Shown: positions 1-7,788, counted from the first letter of the stretch. The stretch: 30,775 nt of DNA from a virus (IMGVR_UViG_2877958089_000005), one strand, 5' to 3'. Program-made: numbers and translations. The notes: generated from the sequence alone by a model not told the origin.

Positions 1-17
1 AACACCAGCAAACAGAT

Positions 18-46
18 AAAAAAAGGGCCAGCCAATTGGCCAGCCC
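18..46 (-). terminator. Imperfect GC-rich hairpin followed by a T7 run on the minus strand, downstream of int (or a host-gene terminator at the attachment junction)
   Basis: gggccagccaattggccagccc (25-46) forms an imperfect stem around the palindrome gccaattggc; on the minus strand it is followed by ttttttt (18-24). Confidence 0.35.
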
Positions 47-172
47 TTCTTAACAGGATGTCGCTTAAGCGAAATCTTAGTTAAGACGCTCCTATTAACA
101 CCCCACAACAAACAAATACTTACCATAAAAAACAACTAGTTAAAGTAATTTTTAATGCAGTGAATTGCAGTG

Positions 173-1222
173 TTATGCAACCTCTGCCGCCACATTGTCG
201 CCAACATACAGCGATAACGGATTGAGGGTTACAGCTTGTTCAAGGTGGTCAGGAGCAAAGTGCGCATACTTCATTGTTTCTCGAATATTGGCATGTCCGA
301 GAATTTTCTGCAGCACCAGTATATTCCCTCCGTTCATCATAAAATGCGCACCAAAAGTATGACGCAAAACGTGCGTCTTCTGCCCTTCCGTCAATTCAAT
401 ATTCGTTAGTTTGAGCATCTTTTTAAACTCCTGATAGCAGGGTTTAAACATTCTGCCTTGACGTACGGACAACTCGTCGTACAGCCATTTAGGAATAGGA
501 ACTGTGCGATTCTTCTTACCTTTGGTTTTGGTGAACGTTAGTTTATATGGAGAAAGTTGAGGTCGGGTCAATCTCTCCGCTTCCCCCCATCGAGCCCCGG
601 TTGCAAGGCACACCTTAACAATCATGGTGAGGTCTTCTTTGCCGTATTGCTCGCAGGCTCGAAACAGCTCCGGGAGCTGAGACAAAGTTAGCCAGGACAT
701 TTCTTTCTCAGCTTCTTTGAATACTCGGATCCCATCAAGTGGATTGGGTAGGCTCCACTCCCCTAACCGGCGGAGCTCATTAAACACTGCTTCTAGGTAT
801 TGTTGTTCGCGATTGACGGTTATAGGTTTGGCGATCCATTTCGAGGGGTCTTTATGATAACCATTGTCTATTTCACCACGTAATCGACGGTCACGATAAT
901 GAGCCCAGTCTTTCGCGGTAAGGCGAGATGCAATCGGGTCGCCAAGTCCATTACATACGATTTGAAGCTTTGCAAACCTCGACTTACTGGCGACTAACGC
1001 TTGACCGTGCAAATTGTGCCAAAGCTGAATAATCTCGCTTAAGCGTCGGCGGTCTTCTTTCTTGCCGAGCCACGGCTTATCTTCACTCTCGCTTTTGGTA
1101 AATGCTTCAAATGCCTCGGCCTCACCTTTGGTATTGAATTGCCGACGTATACGCCGCCCTTCTCGACCATTTGGATAGAGTTCACACAACCATTTTCCAC
1201 TTTTTTGTTTACTTACAGTCAT
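173..1222 (-). CDS. int: Tyrosine integrase (site-specific recombinase, phage integrase family)
   Basis: 349-aa ORF with ATG at 1220-1222; C-terminal catalytic region VLRHTFGAHF...GHANIRETMKYAHF has the His-x-x-Arg and Tyr nucleophile arrangement of tyrosine recombinases; sits at the prophage end next to the repressor. Confidence 0.9.
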   Translation of the reverse strand: MTVSKQKSGKWLCELYPNGREGRRIRRQFNTKGEAEAFEAFTKSESEDKPWLGKKEDRRRLSEIIQLWHNLHGQALVASKSRFAKLQIVCNGLGDPIASRLTAKDWAHYRDRRLRGEIDNGYHKDPSKWIAKPITVNREQQYLEAVFNELRRLGEWSLPNPLDGIRVFKEAEKEMSWLTLSQLPELFRACEQYGKEDLTMIVKVCLATGARWGEAERLTRPQLSPYKLTFTKTKGKKNRTVPIPKWLYDELSVRQGRMFKPCYQEFKKMLKLTNIELTEGQKTHVLRHTFGAHFMMNGGNILVLQKILGHANIRETMKYAHFAPDHLEQAVTLNPLSLYVGDNVAAEVA

Positions 1223-1246
1223 TGCGATACCGAGGCTAAAAGAAAA

Positions 1247-1585
1247 TTAATTACAAAGGGCTGTAGCGGCATCAATCACCGGTGAAATTGAAATTTTAAC
1301 GCCGTCATACTCAGGGTCATCCTTCCATACGTCATCTAAGTTAGACCCCTCCAGCTTTCCTGATTTAACAGCATCTACCGCCATGCCATTCAGAGGATAT
1401 CTATCATCAGTTTTGATGTCATACACAAAAGCATAAGCACGGTTAACACATGATACCTTTGCCTTTTCAAAGGTTAGAGGCCACTTGTCACCATATGCAG
1501 CGCCGTCTATCTCTTTAAACTTCTCAGCGGCTATGACTGAGGAAGAAAGTGCAATGCAGACTATCGCAAATATAAACTTTTTCAT
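1247..1585 (-). CDS. Secreted/periplasmic small protein, DUF2511 (YebY-like) family candidate; moron between cI and int
   Basis: 112 aa; N-terminal signal peptide MKKFIFAIVCIALSSSVIAAE; C-terminal ...AATALCN; pattern GDKWPL...C...YPLNG...GK...DDP resembles YebY/DUF2511 as I recall it; SD AGGAG upstream of ATG 1583-1585. Confidence 0.6.
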   Translation of the reverse strand: MKKFIFAIVCIALSSSVIAAEKFKEIDGAAYGDKWPLTFEKAKVSCVNRAYAFVYDIKTDDRYPLNGMAVDAVKSGKLEGSNLDDVWKDDPEYDGVKISISPVIDAATALCN

Positions 1586-1594
1586 TACTGCTCC

Positions 1595-2440
1595 TTAAAC
1601 ATGCTTTTCCAAAGTAAAAATAACCGCACCTGATGGTGTGATATCTGAAATATTACATTCAAACTCAGCAGACTTATTTGATAACCTGACCTTTCCGCCT
1701 GGCAACCTGATTACGTCAAAAACATCGAGTGCGCCATCAATACCAATAAGCCAGCGACCATTTCCTATCTTCGAGTTAGAACTATCAACAAGCCAAGATG
1801 TGCTCACACCATCAATAAACACTAAATCATCAGTATTTGATGGAACCATAGATATATCAGGAGTCCAGCGTCCGATATCTTTGAGTTCGCCCGCCTCGAG
1901 GCGGCACTTTCTAATCGTTAAAGCATTTGCCGGTTCACCATCATTACTGTTACGCATCTGGCCTTTTCCGGTTGATAACCATTCTAACGATACGCCAGTA
2001 TCAAGGGCGCAAGTGACAACCACGTCACCGGGGAAAAAATCGCGTCTAACCCAAGTGCTTATAGTGCCGGAAGATATGCCTAATAAATCTCCAAGCTCTT
2101 TTTGCAGAGTAAAACCATACGCATCGAGAATCCGACGCAGAACCGCCCTCCCTCCATTTGCCATGATTTCATCATAGAGTTGCTTACCTTTAAGCTTAGT
2201 TTTCACCACTTCAAATCTTGCATTTGCAAGCTCACCATTAATTAGCCATCGCAGGTCAGCTCCAGTATCAAGAGCACACTCAACGAAAACGTTGCTAGGG
2301 ATTACGTTTCTAGCAAGCCAGCTACTCACGTTGTTTGCATGTATGCCAAGCCTTTCGGCTAGTTCCTTTTGCTGCTTAAAGCCGTATGCAGAAAGGACAC
2401 GTTCCAATGCGGCAGACGCATTAACATCATTTTTAGACAT
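1595..2440 (-). CDS. cI: 186-type CI repressor with two tandem CI-type HTH domains and a non-catalytic C-terminal domain
   Basis: The track ORF (1595..2629) has a Cys-rich N-terminal extension that I reject; likely start is ATG at 2438-2440 (MSKNDVNASAALERVLSAYGF...). Two repeats of the motif L-R-x-L-x-AYGF-x-x-QKEL-x-x-LGI...W...CALDTG-x-x-L-x-WL. No Ser-Lys dyad like LexA is recognisable. Confidence 0.75.
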   Translation of the reverse strand: MSKNDVNASAALERVLSAYGFKQQKELAERLGIHANNVSSWLARNVIPSNVFVECALDTGADLRWLINGELANARFEVVKTKLKGKQLYDEIMANGGRAVLRRILDAYGFTLQKELGDLLGISSGTISTWVRRDFFPGDVVVTCALDTGVSLEWLSTGKGQMRNSNDGEPANALTIRKCRLEAGELKDIGRWTPDISMVPSNTDDLVFIDGVSTSWLVDSSNSKIGNGRWLIGIDGALDVFDVIRLPGGKVRLSNKSAEFECNISDITPSGAVIFTLEKHV

Positions 2441-2553
2441 ATGACACCAACAATAATTTTGTTTACAACCAAAATTTAGCGATCTATATTGGTGCTCATC
2501 GACCAAGATGCACACCACTGCACTACATTTCAAACAACAGGAGATAATGCGAT
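2441..2553. promoter_or_regulatory. Lysis-lysogeny switch region; candidate rightward lytic promoter (-35 TTTACA 2462-2467, 17-bp spacer, -10 TATATT 2485-2490)
   Basis: Intergenic region between divergent cI and apl; sigma70-like hexamers with 17-bp spacing; SD AGGAGA at 2537-2542 before apl ATG 2554. In 186 the lysogenic promoter faces the lytic one from inside or beyond apl; I could not place it. Confidence 0.45.
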
Positions 2554-2925
2554 ATGTCAGATGCAAAATCAATCTCGACGAATGATTCGCAAAACTCACA
2601 AAATCAAACTGTGCTGTTAGATCCAACACAGTTTGATGCCATCGTTACCGCCATGCTGCCAGCTCTCCAGACAATGATTCGCTCCGCTATGTCAGACACG
2701 ATGACTGTGAAAGACTTCGCCGCTACTCGCGGTGTTAGCGAGCGTCTGGTCTGGCAATGGCTCGATGAGGGAGTCCTTCTCAAAGCTCCGACCAAAGACT
2801 TTTCCAACAAAGAGGAAGCTGCTAAACGAAGCCGAACCCTCGTAAACGTAAAAGCATGGCGCGATAAGCTGACTCAACAAGCGATTGATTGTCGCTACAT
2901 CGACCAGCGCACCGCTCTTAACTGA
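2554..2925 (+). CDS. apl: Apl/Cox-like excisionase and transcriptional regulator (HTH)
   Basis: First gene of the rightward operon with SD; central MTVKDFAATRGVSERLVWQWLDEG resembles excisionase/AlpA-type HTH. The 123-aa length is longer than I recall for 186 Apl, so the true start may be internal. Confidence 0.6.
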   Translation: MSDAKSISTNDSQNSQNQTVLLDPTQFDAIVTAMLPALQTMIRSAMSDTMTVKDFAATRGVSERLVWQWLDEGVLLKAPTKDFSNKEEAAKRSRTLVNVKAWRDKLTQQAIDCRYIDQRTALN

Positions 2926-2957
2926 ATTTGATTATGCAAGTTAGAGGGAATTTAACC

Positions 2958-3467
2958 ATGTTTGATTTTCAGGTTTCCAAACATCCCCACTATGACGAAG
3001 CATGCCGCATTTTCGCACAGCGTCACAACATGGCGAAGCTGGCCGAGCGTGCAGGTATGAACGTTCAAACGTTACGTAACAAGCTCAACCCGGAACAGCC
3101 TCACCAGTTCACGCCACCTGAATTGTGGCTGCTGACTGACCTGACCGAAGACTCAACCCTCATTGATGGTTTTTTAGCGCAGATTCACTGCCTACCATGC
3201 GTGCCGGTTAATGAGTTGGCTAAAGACAAATTGCAGTCTTATGTCATGCGCGCAATGCGTGAACTCGGCGAACTGGCGAGCGGCGCGGTATCTGATGAGC
3301 GTCTGACCACTGCCCGTAAGCACAACATGATTGAAAGCGTTAACTCTGGTATTCGCATGTTGTCATTGTCGGCTCTGGCACTGCATGCACGTCTGCAGAC
3401 TAATCCTGCAATGTCGAGCGTGGTCGATACCATGAGCGGTATTGGCGCATCGTTTGGTCTGATTTGA
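2958..3467 (+). CDS. cII: CII-like lysogeny establishment regulator (186 CII family)
   Basis: Track ORF starts at 2928, but ATG at 2958-2960 gives MFDFQVSKHPHYDEACRIFAQRHNMAKLAE..., which matches my recollection of the 186 CII N-terminus; 169 aa. Confidence 0.75.
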   Translation: MFDFQVSKHPHYDEACRIFAQRHNMAKLAERAGMNVQTLRNKLNPEQPHQFTPPELWLLTDLTEDSTLIDGFLAQIHCLPCVPVNELAKDKLQSYVMRAMRELGELASGAVSDERLTTARKHNMIESVNSGIRMLSLSALALHARLQTNPAMSSVVDTMSGIGASFGLI

Positions 3468-3474
3468 GGTGCGT

Positions 3475-3675
3475 ATGCTGAAAAGTGAACCGTCATTCGC
3501 GTCTCTGCTCGTTAAGCAAAGTCCCGGCATGCACTACGGCCACGGCTGGATCGCAGGTAAGGACGGCAAGCGCTGGCACCCGAGCCACTCGCAGGCTGAT
3601 TTACTGGCTGGCCTCTCTACTCAAAAGCGGGGGGGATCATGGCTATCGAAGCTGTTTCCGCGACTGTTCCGCTAA
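3475..3675 (+). CDS. Small early protein, possibly Fil-like (186 filamentation protein family); uncertain
   Basis: ATG at 3475 preceded by GAGG (3466-3469); 66 aa MLKSEPSFASLLVKQSPGMHYGHGWIAGKDGKRWHP...; position after cII matches 186 fil. An overlapping alternative-frame ORF (3485..3685) cannot be excluded. Confidence 0.4.
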   Translation: MLKSEPSFASLLVKQSPGMHYGHGWIAGKDGKRWHPSHSQADLLAGLSTQKRGGSWLSKLFPRLFR

Positions 3676-3977
3676 AAGCGGGTGAACGTCTGGCCGGTCT
3701 CAATCATGTTGCCGAATTGCGCGCGAGATATTGGGGCGATAGCTGGAAAGAGGTTGAACGTTTTGTCGATGATATGCGCGATAAACGTGACCCACAATTT
3801 GAAGAAAATAATCGGGCGCTGGCCGCTATTTTCTTTCTGGCAAAAATACCGGCGGCTCGTCATGAACTCGAATTAAGTGAGCTGACTACTGACGAGAAAA
3901 AGGCGCTTATTACAGCGATGAATCATTTTCGTGCAGTAGTGAGCTTATTTCCCAAACGGCTAACCATGCCGAATTAA
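3639..3977 (+). CDS. Hypothetical early-operon protein
   Basis: 112-aa ORF with GGGGGGA SD-like run immediately upstream of ATG 3639; codirectional with the early operon. Confidence 0.55.
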   Translation: MAIEAVSATVPLKAGERLAGLNHVAELRARYWGDSWKEVERFVDDMRDKRDPQFEENNRALAAIFFLAKIPAARHELELSELTTDEKKALITAMNHFRAVVSLFPKRLTMPN

Positions 3978-4044
3978 TCCAAACAGAAATTTAATGGCGT
4001 AAACCCGCCGGGCATCTTATTGCCCGAAATCAGGAGAGTTAATT

Positions 4045-4272
4045 ATGCGTAATACCGAAATCCGTAGTTTTAACACTGATAGCGATGCGCTGGCCGTATT
4101 GCTGACCGATGCAAAAAAAGAAGAGCGTAAAGACCGCGCGCTCGCTGTTTCCATCCGCCTTGAGGCGCTGGCTATCCATATTACCAGAGAGGGAATGAGC
4201 GGCACCGAAGCTGCCGAACTGCTGCGCCGTGAAGCAACCCGCTTTGAGAATGAATCACAGGAGCTGCACTAA
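4045..4272 (+). CDS. Hypothetical small early protein
   Basis: 75-aa ORF; strong SD CAGGAGAG 8 nt upstream of ATG 4045; stop overlaps the next start (ATGA-type coupling at 4272). Confidence 0.6.
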   Translation: MRNTEIRSFNTDSDALAVLLTDAKKEERKDRALAVSIRLEALAIHITREGMSGTEAAELLRREATRFENESQELH

Positions 4273-4493
4273 TGGCCGACGCAATGGATTTAGCACAACT
4301 GCGCGAGCAGGAAGACCGCGAACGCCACATCAGCAATGCACGCACCCGTATCGCTGCACCTTCCCGTTTTCTTTGCGAGGAATGTGACGCACCAATCCCG
4401 GAAGCTCGCCGCATTGCGATTCCGGGCGTGGCTTTTTGCGTAACCTGCCAGCAAATCGCAGAGCTAAAAAACAAACACTATCGGGGGGTATAA
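4272..4493 (+). CDS. TraR/DksA-family C4 zinc-finger protein
   Basis: 73 aa with C-x2-C-x17-C-x2-C (CEEC...CVTC), the architecture of phage TraR/DksA-like zinc fingers. Confidence 0.7.
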   Translation: MADAMDLAQLREQEDRERHISNARTRIAAPSRFLCEECDAPIPEARRIAIPGVAFCVTCQQIAELKNKHYRGV

Positions 4494-4494
4494 A

Positions 4495-6717
4495 TTGGCT
4501 GTTCAATTCGCTTATCCGTGGAACGTCCCACGGTCGGCAATCTCCAGCCCATACCTTACTTATGAGCAACAGCATCGCCGCGACCGTATGTTCGCGGCTT
4601 TGCTGCATGCGAAAAAGGTGCTTTCTCTCCAGCCCGACTGCGTGCGGTTAGATGTTTATCGCACTGCTGCGGTGCTGGAGCAAAATCAGGGTAGTCAACG
4701 AGCCAATGCATTTTTAATCAGCTTCTGCAAAAAGGCATTGCCGCGTCTTGAACTGGTCGCAAAAAAATACGAATGCGCTGGTATCAACAGCAAGGTATCA
4801 ACCGCTGTTTTTGGAAGTCATTTTGATACTCAGCAAATGCAATATCTGTCGTCACGCATGGTTAATATGGTCGCCCGATATAACCGTCTCCCGGACATGT
4901 CGCGCGCTGATGTTGACCTGTTGGCCGCTGATATTGCTAATTTCATTCGTGGTGAACTTGCCAACATTAATGACCACGGATTCGGCGAGCTTAAAACGCT
5001 GTACACCTGGTATATTCGTGCTGGCTTTATTTCCCTCCAATTCAACGTTATCCCACCACATTGGGAGCGGGTTGAAAAAAAATATGTCGGTGCGGATGAA
5101 ATCGCACCGGCTATCGCCAAAATGTTTAACGATGGGTGGTGGCGCGGTCGTTTGCGCCGTGTTGCAGCTACGTGGCGCGAACACCTGCAAATTGCAGTCG
5201 GCAACGTCAGTAAGAAAAAAAACACTTACGCGAGTAAAAACTGCGTGACTGACTGGCGTGAACAAAAGCGCCGCACTCGTGAATTTCTCAAAGGTCTGGA
5301 TCTCGAAGACGAAGACGGCAACCGTATCAGCCTAATTGAAAAATATGATGGCTCAGTTGCTAACCCTGCGATTCGCCGCTGTGAGCTCATGACCCGCATT
5401 CGTGGGTTTGAAAACATCTGTAATGAGCTCGGTTATGTCGGTGAGTTTTACACTCTAACCGCGCCGTCAAAATATCACGCCACGACTAAAGCCGGTTACC
5501 GTAACAGCAAATGGAGCGGTGCCAGCCCGGCTGACACGCAAAACTATCTAACCGGTATCTGGGCGCGTATCCGTGCCAAACTACATCGGGAAGATGTCCG
5601 TATTTTCGGTATTCGTGTCGCCGAGCCCCATCACGACGGCACTCCACACTGGCACATGCTGATGTTCATGCTGCCGGAAGATGTTGAATATGTTCGCTCC
5701 ATCGTCCGTAAATACGCATGGAAAGAAGACCGCCACGAACTGAAAAGCGATAAATCCAAAAAAGCACGTTTCCACGCCGAGTCCATTGACCCGGAGAAAG
5801 GCAGCGCAACCGGCTATGTTGCTAAATACATTTCAAAAAATATCGACGGTTATGCTCTCGATGATGAAACCGATGATGAAAGCGGTGAGCTGCTGAAAGA
5901 GACAGCCCCCGCCGTTTCAGCATGGGCTGCGCGCTGGCACATCCGTCAGTTTCAGTTTATTGGTGGTGCGCCGGTGACGGTTTACCGTGAGTTGCGTCGC
6001 CTCGCTGATACCGAAACCGCGCACGGTCTGAGCGTTGAGTTTGCCGCCGTCCATGATGCCGCCGACGCTGGTGACTGGGCTGGTTATGTTAATGCTCAGG
6101 GTGGGCCGTTTGTCCGTCGCGATGATTTACAGGTGCGCACACTGTATGAACCGCGTACCGAGCTTAATCAGTACGGTGAGGAAACGGTATGTATTAAGGG
6201 GGTCTACGATTCCTCCATAGGTGCAGGAAGCCCGATTTTAACCCGGCTCACTCAGTGGAAGATTGTTCCGAAGCGTGCTGTTGATTTGGCCGTTGACCTT
6301 CAGGACGGCAAAGCCGTCCCTCGGAGTTCTGTCAATAACTGTACGGGAAGCGAAAGCGATCCACCGATACTGGATTTAACAAAACCACTGAGTCGGCGTG
6401 AAAGACGAGAATTAACCAACCGACTCAGGAAGCAAAAGCCAGCAGCACGGCGAAAATTCATCCACGGAACGGATGAGCAAAACGCAGCTATAGCTAAAAC
6501 TATCGATGAGATACATCTGACAACCGGCATTAATATCAGCCGGGGCGAAGCCCTGCACCTGATGGCCGGTGGTAAAAGTTGTTTTGATGGTAAATGGCTA
6601 CGCGGAACGGCCAAAGGAGAAATATTTTCCGCAGCACCATCGCATGAGGCTAAAGCTCGGAAAATCCTTAATCGTGTTGCGGCGATGGCTGAAGCATCAA
6701 AACCAATACATGAGTAA
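4495..6717 (+). CDS. A: Replication initiation endonuclease (P2 gpA-type rolling-circle initiator)
   Basis: 740 aa; HUH-like PHHDGTPHWHMLMF and tandem tyrosines in GYVAKYISKNIDG, as in P2 A. Track start 4495 is TTG after a G-rich SD-like run; first in-frame ATG is at 4588, so the start is uncertain. Confidence 0.9.
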   Translation: MAVQFAYPWNVPRSAISSPYLTYEQQHRRDRMFAALLHAKKVLSLQPDCVRLDVYRTAAVLEQNQGSQRANAFLISFCKKALPRLELVAKKYECAGINSKVSTAVFGSHFDTQQMQYLSSRMVNMVARYNRLPDMSRADVDLLAADIANFIRGELANINDHGFGELKTLYTWYIRAGFISLQFNVIPPHWERVEKKYVGADEIAPAIAKMFNDGWWRGRLRRVAATWREHLQIAVGNVSKKKNTYASKNCVTDWREQKRRTREFLKGLDLEDEDGNRISLIEKYDGSVANPAIRRCELMTRIRGFENICNELGYVGEFYTLTAPSKYHATTKAGYRNSKWSGASPADTQNYLTGIWARIRAKLHREDVRIFGIRVAEPHHDGTPHWHMLMFMLPEDVEYVRSIVRKYAWKEDRHELKSDKSKKARFHAESIDPEKGSATGYVAKYISKNIDGYALDDETDDESGELLKETAPAVSAWAARWHIRQFQFIGGAPVTVYRELRRLADTETAHGLSVEFAAVHDAADAGDWAGYVNAQGGPFVRRDDLQVRTLYEPRTELNQYGEETVCIKGVYDSSIGAGSPILTRLTQWKIVPKRAVDLAVDLQDGKAVPRSSVNNCTGSESDPPILDLTKPLSRRERRELTNRLRKQKPAARRKFIHGTDEQNAAIAKTIDEIHLTTGINISRGEALHLMAGGKSCFDGKWLRGTAKGEIFSAAPSHEAKARKILNRVAAMAEASKPIHE

Positions 6718-6777
6718 TTCATATCCATATCATGCACATACAGCAATCGCTCTATTCGTTTTTTTTCTTCCCATCTT

Positions 6778-6809
6778 TTGCCAATACATGCTACTGTATA
6801 AATATACAG
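6778..6809 (+). promoter_or_regulatory. SOS-regulated promoter: -35 TTGCCA (6778-6783) with a perfect LexA box CTGTATAAATATACAG (6794-6809) overlapping the -10 region
   Basis: Exact CTGT-N8-ACAG palindrome with AT-rich core; SD GGGAGGG and ATG 6831 immediately downstream. Confidence 0.8.
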
Positions 6810-6830
6810 TAACCCTATGGGAGGGATTTC

Positions 6831-7013
6831 ATGGTTGGCGAACATTTCAGCCGAACGCAGCAAAAGTGGGCTTGTGTGCAATTTATTGCCGAGGTATCTC
6901 TGATTGCAAACTGCAAGCCATCAGACTTAAAGCTCGCGCTCACTCTCATTGCAGACCTAGCAAACAGCGAAAATAACGAAACCGAAGATGATAATTTTTA
7001 TAAGGCTGATTAG
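6831..7013 (+). CDS. Small LexA-controlled protein, candidate Tum-like antirepressor N-terminal module
   Basis: 60-aa ORF directly downstream of the LexA box with SD GGGAGGG; ends at TAG 7011-7013, in the same frame as the following DinI-like ORF. Confidence 0.55.
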   Translation: MVGEHFSRTQQKWACVQFIAEVSLIANCKPSDLKLALTLIADLANSENNETEDDNFYKAD

Positions 7014-7016
7014 ATT

Positions 7017-7250
7017 ATGAGAATCAATATCACGTTGGATAAAGAGCAAAAAATTAGTCAGGCAACATTGGATGCACTTGAGGCTGAACTGTACCGCAAT
7101 CTTCAACCTATTTACCCAAAGACTGCTATCCGAATTCGCAAGGGCTCCGCTAATGGCGTTGAACTAAGCGGTTTGAAACTGGACGAAGATAAAAAACGAG
7201 TAATGGAAATCATGCAGCAGGTATGGGAGGACGATAGCTGGCTGCATTAA
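7017..7250 (+). CDS. DinI-family protein (SOS-associated; 186 Tum-like C-terminal module)
   Basis: 77 aa MRINITLDK...LDALEAEL.R...E.DKKRVMEIMQQVWEDDSWLH resembles E. coli DinI (MRIEVTI...IDALAGEL...ISEILQETWESADDW) along its whole length. Confidence 0.75.
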   Translation: MRINITLDKEQKISQATLDALEAELYRNLQPIYPKTAIRIRKGSANGVELSGLKLDEDKKRVMEIMQQVWEDDSWLH

Positions 7251-7252
7251 CA

Positions 7253-7321
7253 AACGCCGCCGGTGCTGAAACTTGCTTTCAGTGCTGGCGGGGTTGAACA
7301 ACTCGCACCGCGAGGCGCTAG
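7253..7321 (+). repeat. Direct repeat copy 1 (69 bp) with internal 15-bp stem hairpin
   Basis: aacgccgccggtgctgaaacttgctttcagtgctggcggggttgaacaactcgcaccgcgaggcgctag; about 60 of 69 positions identical to copy 2; arms ccgccggtgctgaaa / tttcagtgctggcgg pair fully if G-U wobble is allowed. Confidence 0.8.
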
Positions 7322-7445
7322 TTCTTCCTCTCAAAGTTTCTCGATGTTTTATTGGTTACACACCAGTGATGAATGGGACGTTACCTTAGCGGGTTTTATA
7401 GTGGCGCTGTGGCAGCACTAAATAAAATTCATTGAGGGCGATAAT

Positions 7446-7655
7446 ATGCATCGACTACCGGGCGAAATTCCGCAGCACAAAACTAAAAGCATCAAACTGA
7501 TGGCCATCGTTCATCGTCTGCAGCAGATAATGGTCAATGAGAATTTGACACCCGCCGAGCTGGTCGGGTGTGCCGAAATAGTCAGGGATAATTACGGCAA
7601 GCTGGATAGCATCAGCAAGCCGACACATTACTCACCGCCACCACGTCGACCATAG
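7446..7655 (+). CDS. Hypothetical small protein flanked by the two 69-bp repeats
   Basis: 69-aa ORF; GAGGG 7 nt upstream of ATG 7446; stop lies immediately before repeat copy 2. Confidence 0.45.
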   Translation: MHRLPGEIPQHKTKSIKLMAIVHRLQQIMVNENLTPAELVGCAEIVRDNYGKLDSISKPTHYSPPPRRP

Positions 7656-7657
7656 AT

Positions 7658-7726
7658 AACGCCGCCGGAGTTGAAACTCGCTTTCAGGTCTGGCGGGGTT
7701 GAACAACGAGCTACGCGAGGCGTTAG
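7658..7726 (+). repeat. Direct repeat copy 2 (69 bp) with internal hairpin
   Basis: aacgccgccggagttgaaactcgctttcaggtctggcggggttgaacaacgagctacgcgaggcgttag; same architecture as copy 1. Confidence 0.8.
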
Positions 7727-7788
7727 CCGGTCATAGCGTCGCAAATACTTCAACCGTCTGCTGGTTAAATAATTCGAGGTTTTTGGAC

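Noticed and set aside
1-172. tRNA gene or fragment at the prophage end
   Set aside because: No T-arm/acceptor-stem signature on either strand by eye; cannot be fully excluded without a covariance-model search.
1595-1900. LexA-like autocleaving (peptidase S24) activity of the cI C-terminal domain
   Set aside because: The fold looks S24-like, but I cannot find a Ser-Lys catalytic pair (no GxSM-type serine context with a downstream lysine at the aligned position), and a separate LexA-controlled antirepressor module is present instead.
1638-2177. 179-aa plus-strand ORF antisense to cI
   Set aside because: Lies wholly inside the repressor gene on the opposite strand; Ser/Pro-rich; no start context.
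2441-2629. 63-codon N-terminal extension of the cI ORF (MLDLTAQ...CWCH)
   Set aside because: It would run through the divergent promoter and the SD of apl; the extension is Cys-rich and unlike repressor sequence; an ATG at 2440 directly precedes the HTH. Residual uncertainty remains because the translation start was not verified.
3485-3685. Alternative-frame 66-aa ORF overlapping the Fil-like ORF
   Set aside because: Ala/Ser/Arg-rich composition and no SD; the other frame has a GAGG SD and a more protein-like sequence. Neither is certain.
7344-7421. 25-codon ORF (MFYWLHTSDEWDVTLAGFIVALWQH) between repeat copy 1 and the 69-aa ORF
   Set aside because: No SD, very short, and no other supporting signal.
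7253-7726. Possibility that the two 69-bp repeats are a CRISPR array
   Set aside because: Only two copies, about 336 bp apart, with a protein-coding ORF between them and no cas genes; repeat length and spacing are not CRISPR-like.
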